From Candidatus Latescibacterota bacterium (lineage in GTDB: Bacteria > Latescibacterota > UBA2968 > UBA8231), in contig CBDFJF010000002.1 of assembly GCA_965248265.1 (NCBI GenBank), positions 480,001 through 544,000 on the forward strand: a stretch of DNA of 64,000 bases, read 5' to 3'. The position numbers were made by a program, and so were the translations under genes. This document shows positions 48,083-56,972 of this stretch, one piece after another (within the stretch, counting starts at the first letter, position 1; the number at the start of each line of letters is the position of its first letter). Under the pieces are notes generated by a model. That model did not search any database and was not told the origin of the DNA. It saw only the letters and a program-made list of their open reading frames with translations.

Positions 48083-49189
48083 ATGGCGATAAAGAGAGCA
48101 CATTGGCACGCCGGGCGGATAGTTACACTGGAACATGAATCCCATCTGCTGCGGGACAATCCTCTTGGCGATCCACACGTGCGAAAGTTGAGTGCGTGGC
48201 TGCCTCCCCAGTACGACCAGGGTACATCCAACAACCGTGGGAAGCGATTCCCGGTGTTGTACAGTCTGGCCGCCTACACGGGGTCGGGCGCTGCCCAGAC
48301 GAACTGGCGCAACTTCGACGAGAGCCAGCCGGAACGGGCAGCCAGGCTGGTACACGAAAAGCGCATGCTGCCCGGTATCCTGGTGTTCCCCGATTGCTTC
48401 ACCGCGCTGGGGGGCAACCAGTACGTGAATTCCACTGCCATGGGCCGCTACGCCGATTACCTGACGCGCGAGCTGATCCCATTCGTGGATACCGAGTTTC
48501 GCACCCTGGCCGACCGGGATCACCGCGGTCTCTTCGGCAAGTCCTCGGGCGGGTACGGGGCAATCATTCACGGCATGAAGTATTCCCGCTACTGGGGTGC
48601 GGTAGCCAGCCATTCAGGGGACAGCTATTTCGATTTCACCTTCCGGCTTGATTGGCCAGGCACCCTGGACGAACTGGCCAGGCATCGTCGCCGGCAGCGC
48701 CTGCCCGGTGCGACCGATGTGTCTGCGCAGGAGCCGGATGTCGCCGAAGGTCTGGACGACGGCCGCGTGCGGCGGTTTCTACAGCACATGTGGAAGGAAG
48801 AGAATCCATCCGGGGACGAGGTCCACTGCCTGATGAACCTGGCGATGGCCGCCACCTACGATGCGGACGAAGAGGCGCCCAACGGTTTCCGTTTACCCTT
48901 CAACCTGGAGACTGGGGAGCTCATCGAGGCACGCTGGCGCCAGTGGCTGAAGCAGGATCCGATCAACCTGGTGGGCCGTTATCAGAAAGGTCTCAAGAGT
49001 TTACGGGGAATCTACATGGACTGCGGTTGGCGGGATCAGTACCACATCCACTATGGTTGTCGGATCTTGTCCAAGCGGATGGCGGCGACGGGTATCAAGC
49101 ACCGCTACGAAGAATTCGACGGCACCCACTCCGGCTGCCAGCACCGGATGGATGTCAGTTGGCCGTTTCTGTTGCAGGCGCTGCGCTAG
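48083..49189 (+). CDS. alpha/beta-hydrolase esterase (enterochelin esterase-like)
   Basis: WLPPQY, FPVLY, GGNQYVNS, nucleophile elbow GKSSGG, EEFDGTH. Confidence 0.85.
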   Translation: MAIKRAHWHAGRIVTLEHESHLLRDNPLGDPHVRKLSAWLPPQYDQGTSNNRGKRFPVLYSLAAYTGSGAAQTNWRNFDESQPERAARLVHEKRMLPGILVFPDCFTALGGNQYVNSTAMGRYADYLTRELIPFVDTEFRTLADRDHRGLFGKSSGGYGAIIHGMKYSRYWGAVASHSGDSYFDFTFRLDWPGTLDELARHRRRQRLPGATDVSAQEPDVAEGLDDGRVRRFLQHMWKEENPSGDEVHCLMNLAMAATYDADEEAPNGFRLPFNLETGELIEARWRQWLKQDPINLVGRYQKGLKSLRGIYMDCGWRDQYHIHYGCRILSKRMAATGIKHRYEEFDGTHSGCQHRMDVSWPFLLQALR

Positions 49190-49368
49190 ACGCCCTCGCC
49201 GATCGCGGGCTCCGACTTGGTGCCCCATATGCCTTCGAACACGTCCAACCACCCTTCCGACTCTGACCCGAGGTCAATCTTGGGTGCAGGCTTCTCGAGG
49301 ATCTGGGCGGGAAGAACCGCTCCGGAAGTTTCCTGATCAAACTGCGTCGTCATTTTAGTCCGTCTCAT
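49186..49368 (-). CDS. small hypothetical protein (60 aa)
   Basis: Strong AGGAGG RBS just upstream of the ATG at 49368; a sigma28-like promoter lies ~100 bp upstream. Confidence 0.55.
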   Translation of the reverse strand: MRRTKMTTQFDQETSGAVLPAQILEKPAPKIDLGSESEGWLDVFEGIWGTKSEPAIGEGV

Positions 49369-49469
49369 GTGACCCTCCTAAGGCAGGCCCGTGCTGAACA
49401 ACTGCCAGGACACTGAATGCTACCCGATTGGTGGGGATGTTCAGGCGAACCTCCCCGGCTCTACTGTAG

Positions 49470-49496
49470 ATATCGGCCGCTTCAGGCAAAACTATA
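49470..49496 (-). promoter_or_regulatory. sigma28 (FliA/WhiG)-type promoter
   Basis: Minus strand reads TATAGTTT-N11-GCCGATAT versus the consensus TAAAGTTT-N11-GCCGATAA. Confidence 0.6.
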
Positions 49497-49661
49497 CTAT
49501 TCTTTGCAAAGAAATATTATTTATGGGTATTTAGTATCAAATTATGCCGTCAAATCACCGGATCGCCGGCGATAGTTCCTGGGGGCCAGCCGCGGGAAAA
49601 TCCCCCTGCGGTGTTACGGCAGGCTATATTGGACCGGATCGGCCAACCACTGGGAGCAATA

Positions 49662-50249
49662 ATGATGACTGGTCTAAGAGCAATCATCGCCTGCGCAGGT
49701 CTTGCGGTTGCCTTACACAGTTGCGGGGATGACGAACCCCTCAAGGTGACGAACCCTCTAAGCCCGCAGGAAAATGCACTCCTGGGCACCTGGGTTACTG
49801 AAGACGGCAATGAGAATACGATGTACGCAAACGGCAATCTGTCTAGGAAATTCGGACCATTCACATTTACCGGGACCTGGCGCCTGGAGGGCGACACACT
49901 GATCTGGGAGTTACCCGCAGGGACCTATGTCGCTTCGATCGACGGGACGACGCTGTCTTTCAGCACCAAGACTCCTGGAGCGTCTGATCTCGGCAACCAC
50001 ACTTTCACGACTGACTCGCGTGAACCTTCCTTGATCGGGACGACTTGGACCGATGAAGACGGGCGTGACCTCGTGTTCGATCCGGGCGGCAACTACTCCT
50101 GGGGAGCCGGTTTCGAAGAGGGATTCTGGGCACTCGAGGGTGAGGATCTGACTGTCAAGTTCGGCTTGTCTGGTCGCCATGAAGTTACAGGGGACACCTT
50201 GACGATCGTCGATGACGGCGAAACCATGGTGATGACGCGAAAGCGGTGA
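49662..50249 (+). CDS. lipoprotein with lipocalin-like beta repeats
   Basis: Lipobox-like VALHSC; repeated LLGTWVTEDG / LIGTTWTDEDG and GTWRLEGDTL / GFWALEGEDL. Confidence 0.7.
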   Translation: MMTGLRAIIACAGLAVALHSCGDDEPLKVTNPLSPQENALLGTWVTEDGNENTMYANGNLSRKFGPFTFTGTWRLEGDTLIWELPAGTYVASIDGTTLSFSTKTPGASDLGNHTFTTDSREPSLIGTTWTDEDGRDLVFDPGGNYSWGAGFEEGFWALEGEDLTVKFGLSGRHEVTGDTLTIVDDGETMVMTRKR

Positions 50250-50313
50250 AAATCACGACATCGTCGTGCATATGCAGTCGGTTTTGGTGGCGTAGTAGAA
50301 GACCCCGGCTGTT

Positions 50314-50336
50314 CTCGGGCGTCGCCAGGCTCAGTC
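50314..50336. repeat. direct repeat, copy 1 (22/23 with 62795-62817)
   Basis: ctcgggcgtcgccaggctcagtc versus ctcaggcgtcgccaggctcagtc; 19-bp exact core. Confidence 0.75.
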
Positions 50337-50346
50337 CGCCGCGAGC

Positions 50347-51240
50347 CTAAACCCTGGCGACTGCAACGATTTCCCACGGGTCAAAAGCGAGCCTCCCAAG
50401 CCAATTAGGCCAGCGGTAGAAATGTCGATCCGCGTCCGCAGCTGGTTCCCGATCCAAAAGACGCTCATAGTAGTACGACGCGGCCTTTGATCCAACCCAT
50501 TGCATCCAACCTTGGGGTGTTTTGCGGTAACGGTTCATCGACCAACCATCGTAATGGAATCTTACAAGTTTTAGCTCTGCATCTGATAGGTATTTTTCCA
50601 AAGAGTCTTCGTCGAAACTGCGAAGATGCACAAACTTGTAAGGACAACCAGCCTCTTTTGTGTACGGAGATAGATCTTCTTTATAGGGAACCCGAATTAC
50701 CACCTTCGCATTTGGCTTCGCTGCTCGAACAATGCCTCGAAGAACCTCTTCCGGATTCAATACGTGCTCCAACACATCGCTCAATACCACCAAATCAAAG
50801 CAGTTGACAAACGGCAGGTTTTGGGCATTTGCTTGAACTAGCGAATGACCTTCTTCTACCAACGCAGAAAGATAAGGCAGGGCAATATCTACTCCGACTT
50901 TGTGGTGATGAGGGATCCGAGTAAAAAAGTTTCCTTCTCCGACTCCCAGATCTAGAACCGCACCTCTTATTGATTTGCCACAGTACTTAAGCATTTTATC
51001 ACACTGGGCTTTTTTGTAGCAATTCCCAATGATGCTTTCGGTCAGGTCGTCTTGTGCGATAGTTTGATAATTATCAGAATATTCCTGAAAAAGCGGTGAC
51101 TGCTGATCCTCTCTCGAAAGAAAAGAGAAAATTCCTTGGGTAGGCTGGTAATGTCGATTGCAGTCCGGACAACGACTAGCTCGAAGCATTGCACCACAGT
51201 CGACACAACAAAGCTGTATGCTTTGGAGAAAATCGGTCAT
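50347..51240 (-). CDS. class I SAM-dependent methyltransferase with N-terminal CxxC...CxxC
   Basis: CVDC..CPDC, VLDLGVGEG, GVDI, LPF, DVLEHV. Confidence 0.85.
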   Translation of the reverse strand: MTDFLQSIQLCCVDCGAMLRASRCPDCNRHYQPTQGIFSFLSREDQQSPLFQEYSDNYQTIAQDDLTESIIGNCYKKAQCDKMLKYCGKSIRGAVLDLGVGEGNFFTRIPHHHKVGVDIALPYLSALVEEGHSLVQANAQNLPFVNCFDLVVLSDVLEHVLNPEEVLRGIVRAAKPNAKVVIRVPYKEDLSPYTKEAGCPYKFVHLRSFDEDSLEKYLSDAELKLVRFHYDGWSMNRYRKTPQGWMQWVGSKAASYYYERLLDREPAADADRHFYRWPNWLGRLAFDPWEIVAVARV

Positions 51241-52430
51241 GGTTTGTCAATTGCGTACGTTACGAACGCGTCCACCGTGCCGTAAACATCCCTTTTATTA
51301 TCGACTTGAAGCGAATATCGCTTGTGATGCCATATCAAATGATTGCCGATTTCCGCCTCAGAAACCGAAAAGGAAAGTTTGTATTTTCCATCTCGGAGGG
51401 GAAGCGGTCCGGTGGTCATTTTCAGGCGAACCATCCCTTCCAGCACATCCCAGTGACAACCTTCCAGATTGGAATAATGCGAGAAGACCAAAGAATCGTC
51501 ACTATTGGAATGCAGGTGCAAGAGAAAAATTGGTCGCTCGACCGGGTCGACAAATCGCAAGGTCGCGTCGATCGTGAGTTTTTCGCCTGATTGCAGATTC
51601 TCAGCAAATTCGAAGTCAACAACGTCGACTCGTGCGTCGTATAGAAGTACTTCGCCAGGACGGTCGGTTTTGGTCAGGGCCTGTTGTTCGTAATTATTGG
51701 CGACTTCCGCAGAAATGCCATACTCCTGCATGATTCCCTTCTCGAGCCATAGAGCTTCTGCACAAACAAATTTGACGTTGTGCATCGCATGTGTCACCAG
51801 CACGATGGCTCCTCCTTGCTGGCGGAATTGAACGATTCTTCTCATGCATTTGATGGCGAAGGCCAAATCGCCGACGGCCAGGACTTCGTCAACCAACAAG
51901 ATGTCCACTGGCGCATGGATGGCGATGCCAAAACCGAGGCGGACGTACATGCCGCTGGAGTAGTACTTTACCGGTGAGTCGATGAAGTCACCTATCTCGG
52001 CGAATTCGATAATCTCCGCCGTCTTCGCGGTGATTTCTGCGGGAGTCATGCCCAACATCAGGCCGTTTATGGTAATGTTCTCCCGACCCGTAAGCAATGG
52101 ATGAAACCCGGCACCGATTTCGGTGAGCGCTCCCACGCGACCGCTAATCTCGATCTGACCTTGATCGGGCATCAACACTCCGTTGAGCAGATTCAACATC
52201 GTGGTTTTTCCGGAACCGTTGGTGCCGATGATAGCCAAGCTCTGTCCCTGTTTTACCTCAAAAGAGATGTCTTGGAGTGCCCAGAATTCGTCTTTGCGCA
52301 GGCGGGAAGAGGGCGATTTCAGACCGAGAAAGTCCCGGGTCATATCCACACTCGTATGGAGCATGCCTCGCCTCAGAGAGCGGCAGAATTTCTTGTACAC
52401 GTGCTCAACTCGGATCATAGGGTCGTCCAC
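51237..52430 (-). CDS. wzt: polysaccharide ABC transporter ATPase with C-terminal Wzt domain
   Basis: FWALQDISF, GTNGSGKTT, GAGFHPLLTGREN, YSSGM, LLVDEVLAVGD; ~140-aa C-terminal extension. Confidence 0.92.
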   Translation of the reverse strand: MDDPMIRVEHVYKKFCRSLRRGMLHTSVDMTRDFLGLKSPSSRLRKDEFWALQDISFEVKQGQSLAIIGTNGSGKTTMLNLLNGVLMPDQGQIEISGRVGALTEIGAGFHPLLTGRENITINGLMLGMTPAEITAKTAEIIEFAEIGDFIDSPVKYYSSGMYVRLGFGIAIHAPVDILLVDEVLAVGDLAFAIKCMRRIVQFRQQGGAIVLVTHAMHNVKFVCAEALWLEKGIMQEYGISAEVANNYEQQALTKTDRPGEVLLYDARVDVVDFEFAENLQSGEKLTIDATLRFVDPVERPIFLLHLHSNSDDSLVFSHYSNLEGCHWDVLEGMVRLKMTTGPLPLRDGKYKLSFSVSEAEIGNHLIWHHKRYSLQVDNKRDVYGTVDAFVTYAIDKP

Positions 52431-52445
52431 GGGGCACGTACCTTG

Positions 52446-53303
52446 TTAAATTCTTTCAAGGAGCCTTCGTTGGGTTACCCTAAAAAAACGAAATCCGAGA
52501 GCGAGTAAGGCGATTGCCAAAAGCGATGAGATCCAATAGCCCTCCGATATCGAGCCGATTCCCAGTAGAACGTTTCTTGAACTCTCTACGAAGTGCCCGA
52601 TGGGATTGATAAGGCTCGCTTTGCCAAGGAGGGTTTCCGGCGAAAGCGGGTAGAGAATCGGGCTGAGCAGCATAAGGGCAGGTAGTACAATCGGTAACAA
52701 ATACGTGACGTCCTGAAGCACGGCGCCCACCACTGAGAGGCAGAACCCGAGGGCTAAGGCAAAAATGTAGAGCGGAATCAACAATAATATCCCGGTTATT
52801 ATTCCGCCCAGTTCGACTTGCATGTCCCCTCGGGAAACATAATAGGCGGTTACGGCCACGATCACCGGCAAGCGGATAACGAATTCCAAAAGGCCCATCC
52901 AAGAAGCGGCGAGTACGAGGGACGTTTTGGGGAAGTTTACTTTGAGCATCGTTCTCCCTGCAGTCTTCAGGCATTCGGAAGCAATGCTCATACCGGTCGC
53001 GAAGATTCCCCACATTGATATGCCCACAATCGCAAACACCGGGTAGGGAATCCGCCTTTCGCTGAACGTGATGATTCCTGATTTGTTGAGCAGAACCAGG
53101 ATCCCCACCAAAAACAAGGGGGTCATGAGAGCCCAAAGGATCCCCAGGACCGATTGGCGGTATTTCGCAGAAGCATCCCGAATGAACAATCGCCAGGCGA
53201 GAATGAAAGAAGTATTCAACTTGGCCGATGTTGCACGCCATCGGACGTGAAGCCCCGGCTTTCCGCCCAAGCGGTTGCCCTCAGAGGAATAGACGATCTT
53301 CAT
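52446..53303 (-). CDS. wzm: polysaccharide ABC transporter permease
   Basis: AKYRQSVLGILWA, YPVF, KVNFP, SPILYP, INP; adjacent to wzt. Confidence 0.9.
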   Translation of the reverse strand: MKIVYSSEGNRLGGKPGLHVRWRATSAKLNTSFILAWRLFIRDASAKYRQSVLGILWALMTPLFLVGILVLLNKSGIITFSERRIPYPVFAIVGISMWGIFATGMSIASECLKTAGRTMLKVNFPKTSLVLAASWMGLLEFVIRLPVIVAVTAYYVSRGDMQVELGGIITGILLLIPLYIFALALGFCLSVVGAVLQDVTYLLPIVLPALMLLSPILYPLSPETLLGKASLINPIGHFVESSRNVLLGIGSISEGYWISSLLAIALLALGFRFFRVTQRRLLERI

Positions 53304-55033
53304 TACTTTTCTGCCTCAACGTTCTCCCCAAGGGGCTGTGCGACAAGCCATATCAACCGAGCCAATCGGTGAGGCGCCGGCAAACCGCCCCCCGTCAACG
53401 CAGGGAAGATGTGGTAGCGGTCGAGCGGACGGGGAAGGGCATCTCCCCAGTCCCAACTCTCCCAGGCCAGCGTATGAACCCTGCGCTGCGTCAGCACCTC
53501 GGTGAGCTCTTCAAAGCTGATTGAGCAGCCTTCCCAAACATCGAGCCGGTCCACCAGCACCTTCCGAATCGTGAGCGTACCGCGTTTGGGATTCCAGAGC
53601 AGGCTCGTTGTAGCATTCCCGCTCTGCTCGCAGTGCGCGAGTCCGACCAGCAAGATCGCCAGTTCCCGGGCAGACTCCAACGGCGTTCTCAGGTGTTCCA
53701 GCCGAAATCTGAAAGCGAAATACAACCATCGGTACTTCACCGGCCGAGCCAAGCGCAGCAAGGACCGCAATTCCCAAAGTAACCGTCGCGTGATCTGCCG
53801 TGCCGCTGGAGGCATCAGGCGCTGGTACATCCACCGAATGGCCGGAACCCTGGCAGTCGGACTCGCCCACTGCGACGGAGGAGTTCGAACGGCCGAACCC
53901 TTGTCAGCAATGACTTCCGAACCCTTGTCAGCGACGGCTTCGTTCATCCGGTCGAGCCAGCGGTCCACCTCCTTCGCCATAGCTCGAAACGAGTTCTGTG
54001 GGGCCAGTGCCACTTCCCGATAAGCCCTGTCGATAATCTCCTGTGCCCGCTCCGGATTCCGCAGCACGGCCACCACTTCTTCAATATTACTGTAATCCTC
54101 ATTCAGCGGAACATAGTGTCGCCACGCCGACAGTCGGCCCGAATAGTACCCAGGGTACAGGATCATCAATGTCCGAAGAGCGGCTGCTTCAAAGCATCTC
54201 GGCGAAATCACTGGCATCGTAATCGCCCCGTCCACACCCACCAAAAACCGCTCTGCCACATCTTCGAAGCTTGCATCCGGGTGCTTCATTTCAAAATATG
54301 TACAATTCCGTTCTATCTCCCCGGTGAAGTCACAAACACTGGCTCCACTCTCCGTCCCTAGTACTGCACGACAGTTGCTCAAGAACCGTATCCAATCCTG
54401 CCCATAGATTCGATCCTCCTCCTTCATCGAAATGTCAACTCTTAGCCCAAAGTCCAGCGAATGACGCTTGAATTCCTCCCCAATCTGCCACTTCGTCCGC
54501 GCCAGTCGCCCATACCACCCGGGCAATTTTCGCGCCCGATATCCAACATCGACAACGCGATCTGCCCAATCGGGCACCGGAACATCTGTGAGTTGTTCCG
54601 GAACATAGCCAGTCAACACCGTGATCTTTTGAGTAGCTGGCAGCAGGTTCACCGGATACACACGATCGACGTTGTCCTCCGCGACCAAAGTGAAGAGGAC
54701 CTCCACCCCCAAGAAATGTAAGACATCGATCGTGCGAAAAATGAAACGATACTCGTCCTGAACAAACGCTGCCTTCGATCCTCGAAATGACCGAATTCTT
54801 GTCCGCAGACTGGGCGCTAGTGACGCGTCATGAGATGCGAGAATCGAATAATGTATGATTAGACAATCGTAGTCCGATAAAATGAGACCATGGATATCAT
54901 CACGATTGACAGCCACAAGCTTAACATCGTGGCTTGAGTACATCTGAATCGCATGGAGGTGGTCCAGAATCGTGTCCGCATTGTTCTCATAATACTGATA
55001 TAATAGAACGACCTTGCGCAGGCTAGAATTCAT
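53303..55033 (-). CDS. putative glycosyltransferase-like (CgeB-like) protein
   Basis: VQDEY, DVGYR, LGTESG, ISPRCFEAAA, HYVPL; TAATG coupling to wzm. Confidence 0.55.
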   Translation of the reverse strand: MNSSLRKVVLLYQYYENNADTILDHLHAIQMYSSHDVKLVAVNRDDIHGLILSDYDCLIIHYSILASHDASLAPSLRTRIRSFRGSKAAFVQDEYRFIFRTIDVLHFLGVEVLFTLVAEDNVDRVYPVNLLPATQKITVLTGYVPEQLTDVPVPDWADRVVDVGYRARKLPGWYGRLARTKWQIGEEFKRHSLDFGLRVDISMKEEDRIYGQDWIRFLSNCRAVLGTESGASVCDFTGEIERNCTYFEMKHPDASFEDVAERFLVGVDGAITMPVISPRCFEAAALRTLMILYPGYYSGRLSAWRHYVPLNEDYSNIEEVVAVLRNPERAQEIIDRAYREVALAPQNSFRAMAKEVDRWLDRMNEAVADKGSEVIADKGSAVRTPPSQWASPTARVPAIRWMYQRLMPPAARQITRRLLWELRSLLRLARPVKYRWLYFAFRFRLEHLRTPLESARELAILLVGLAHCEQSGNATTSLLWNPKRGTLTIRKVLVDRLDVWEGCSISFEELTEVLTQRRVHTLAWESWDWGDALPRPLDRYHIFPALTGGGLPAPHRLARLIWLVAQPLGENVEAEK

Positions 55034-55157
55034 GCTTTGCTAACTCGTGGTATGGACGCGCCAATATCAAAGAATCCATTCCTGGACAGCCGGGCTCTGC
55101 AACTGTCGACTGACCTACGATAAGGTTCACGATAGGACCAGAGTCAGAGGACAAGGC

Positions 55158-55922
55158 TCAGCGCTTTCGAAGTACCTTTCCGTGTAGTCGTGCATAAATG
55201 CGAAACGCATCCATGTTCAACTCGCTCGCAATTGGCATAATCTTCTTATGAAAATCACTAGGTCCGACGGCCTTGTCAGCGCCTTCCAAACACGGATACA
55301 CGACTCTGGTCAAGAAATCATAGCATCCACTATGAAAAGATTCCTCCACCACAAACAAATCCTCAATGACCGGTTGTAAGTCATGGAAATACGAATAGAA
55401 GTTGATATTCGCGGGTCTCATCGTTTCTAAACCTGCCCGTTCTCGCGCAACGTTCAACTCCTCAAATCCGTCTCGAAAACCTTCCACTATGATCAATCTA
55501 CCCTCTGGCACTAGCCAGGAGTGCATGTTGTGGAGAGCGACCTTTTGCTCCTCAAGGTCGACCAGATTAATTAGTACTCGAACACAAATAGCGGCATCAT
55601 ATCTCTTTGATACCGATTCCGGGTCGAGTACACTTGCTTGAAAAAAGCGATTGTTGGTCTCCCCGTATAGCTCTGTCGCTTGAGAAATCATGGGAGCAGA
55701 ATAATCAAATGCATCGACCTGCTGCACTCGTTCACGCAGTATGTCAGTTAAGTATCCGTTGCCGCAACCTACTTCCAGGGCCGTCAACTGGGGATGAAGG
55801 TGGCCAAGGATAAAATCCGTCTCCAGCTGCCGCTGATATACATCATCGATGTTGACCTTTTCATGATCGGTCACCGACTTCGGTCGGCTATCCCAATGGA
55901 TATCCGTGGCTGTTTTTCTCAT
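55158..55922 (-). CDS. class I SAM-dependent methyltransferase
   Basis: ALEVGCGNG, AFDYS..MI, RVLINL, LVPEGRL. Confidence 0.87.
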   Translation of the reverse strand: MRKTATDIHWDSRPKSVTDHEKVNIDDVYQRQLETDFILGHLHPQLTALEVGCGNGYLTDILRERVQQVDAFDYSAPMISQATELYGETNNRFFQASVLDPESVSKRYDAAICVRVLINLVDLEEQKVALHNMHSWLVPEGRLIIVEGFRDGFEELNVARERAGLETMRPANINFYSYFHDLQPVIEDLFVVEESFHSGCYDFLTRVVYPCLEGADKAVGPSDFHKKIMPIASELNMDAFRIYARLHGKVLRKR

Positions 55923-56587
55923 CGAGGCTGCCTCCGTTCGATGATCGTGTCGATTTCGGACAAAAGAGCGGGTAAAATATGCTTTGCGTAGTGCGCGTTG
56001 CCTTCGCGACTGAGGTGCAACAAGTCGGGGTCCGGCAGTAAGTACTCTCGGAGAGTCTCCCTGGTGAGGGGAGCAAACACCGATTCGATATCACATAACG
56101 TCACTGCTTCTTCCTGTGCGATACTTCTGACAATGTCGTTGTATGTTCGGTTTCTCGCTTCGAATGTTTGGCCGAACAAATCATCTTCGTCTCGCAATGT
56201 GCAATGATTCGTTGACAACACGATGCTTTCGGCTCGGAAATGGCGGGCGCGATGGATCATTTCTCGTAGGTTTTCGGCAAACGCGCCCTTCGATACGCGC
56301 GGGTACCCACGATCTGTTTCCCAACAATTGCAATCGTTCAGCCCGAACTGAATCGTGACCAATGTCGGTTGCGCATCTTGGACATCAGCTGGGAATCTCA
56401 ATAGTCCTTGGCGGCTCGTTTCCCCGGACACACTCCGGTTGCGGAAGGAGAAGGAGATTCCATTGCTTTCGTATCGCTCTACTACAGCGGCCTCTACGAG
56501 ACTGGACCACCTATGGGTGGGGTCGATATACTGTCCGTGGGTGATAGAATCACCCATAAAGACAACGGCTATGTTGGACTCGGACAT
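55919..56587 (-). CDS. SGNH/GDSL hydrolase
   Basis: FMGDSIT, VSGETS, QFGLND, DLLH. Confidence 0.9.
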   Translation of the reverse strand: MSESNIAVVFMGDSITHGQYIDPTHRWSSLVEAAVVERYESNGISFSFRNRSVSGETSRQGLLRFPADVQDAQPTLVTIQFGLNDCNCWETDRGYPRVSKGAFAENLREMIHRARHFRAESIVLSTNHCTLRDEDDLFGQTFEARNRTYNDIVRSIAQEEAVTLCDIESVFAPLTRETLREYLLPDPDLLHLSREGNAHYAKHILPALLSEIDTIIERRQPR

Positions 56588-56773
56588 AGTGATGGAGTTA
56601 GAAGAATCGGCGTGTGATTGCGATGGAAGGGTAAATATGCGCTAGCGCTTAATATTGTAAAGAGAACCGTAGGAATTGAAGCGGACCGCCCCTTGTCATA
56701 TCGAAGCACAGGAACTCCGGACGAGTCCGTGACATGCCCCAGCTCGCGCTGTCTTGATTTAGACTGAGATGAT

Positions 56774-56813
56774 AAGCAGCCACTACGATAGGATGAAGCA
56801 GCCACTACGATAG
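56774..56813. repeat. tandem 18-bp direct repeat (2 copies, 22-bp period)
   Basis: aagcagccactacgatag at 56774-56791 and 56796-56813. Confidence 0.9.
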
Positions 56814-56972
56814 TTTATGTCGGTTGGGCCGTGGAGTCGAGAGAGGCGTGCGAGGCCGAGACGAACATCATCGAGAGGATGAGGACGAGCTCCTCGCGAC
56901 GCAGCGCCAGATTCCTCGATGCCAGCCCGACGAGGATGTCGCCGACACCAGTAGAAAGTGAGGTTGGTACGA

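Noticed and set aside
56774-56813. Mini CRISPR array
   Set aside because: Two 18-bp copies with a 4-bp gap; no spacers and no cas genes.
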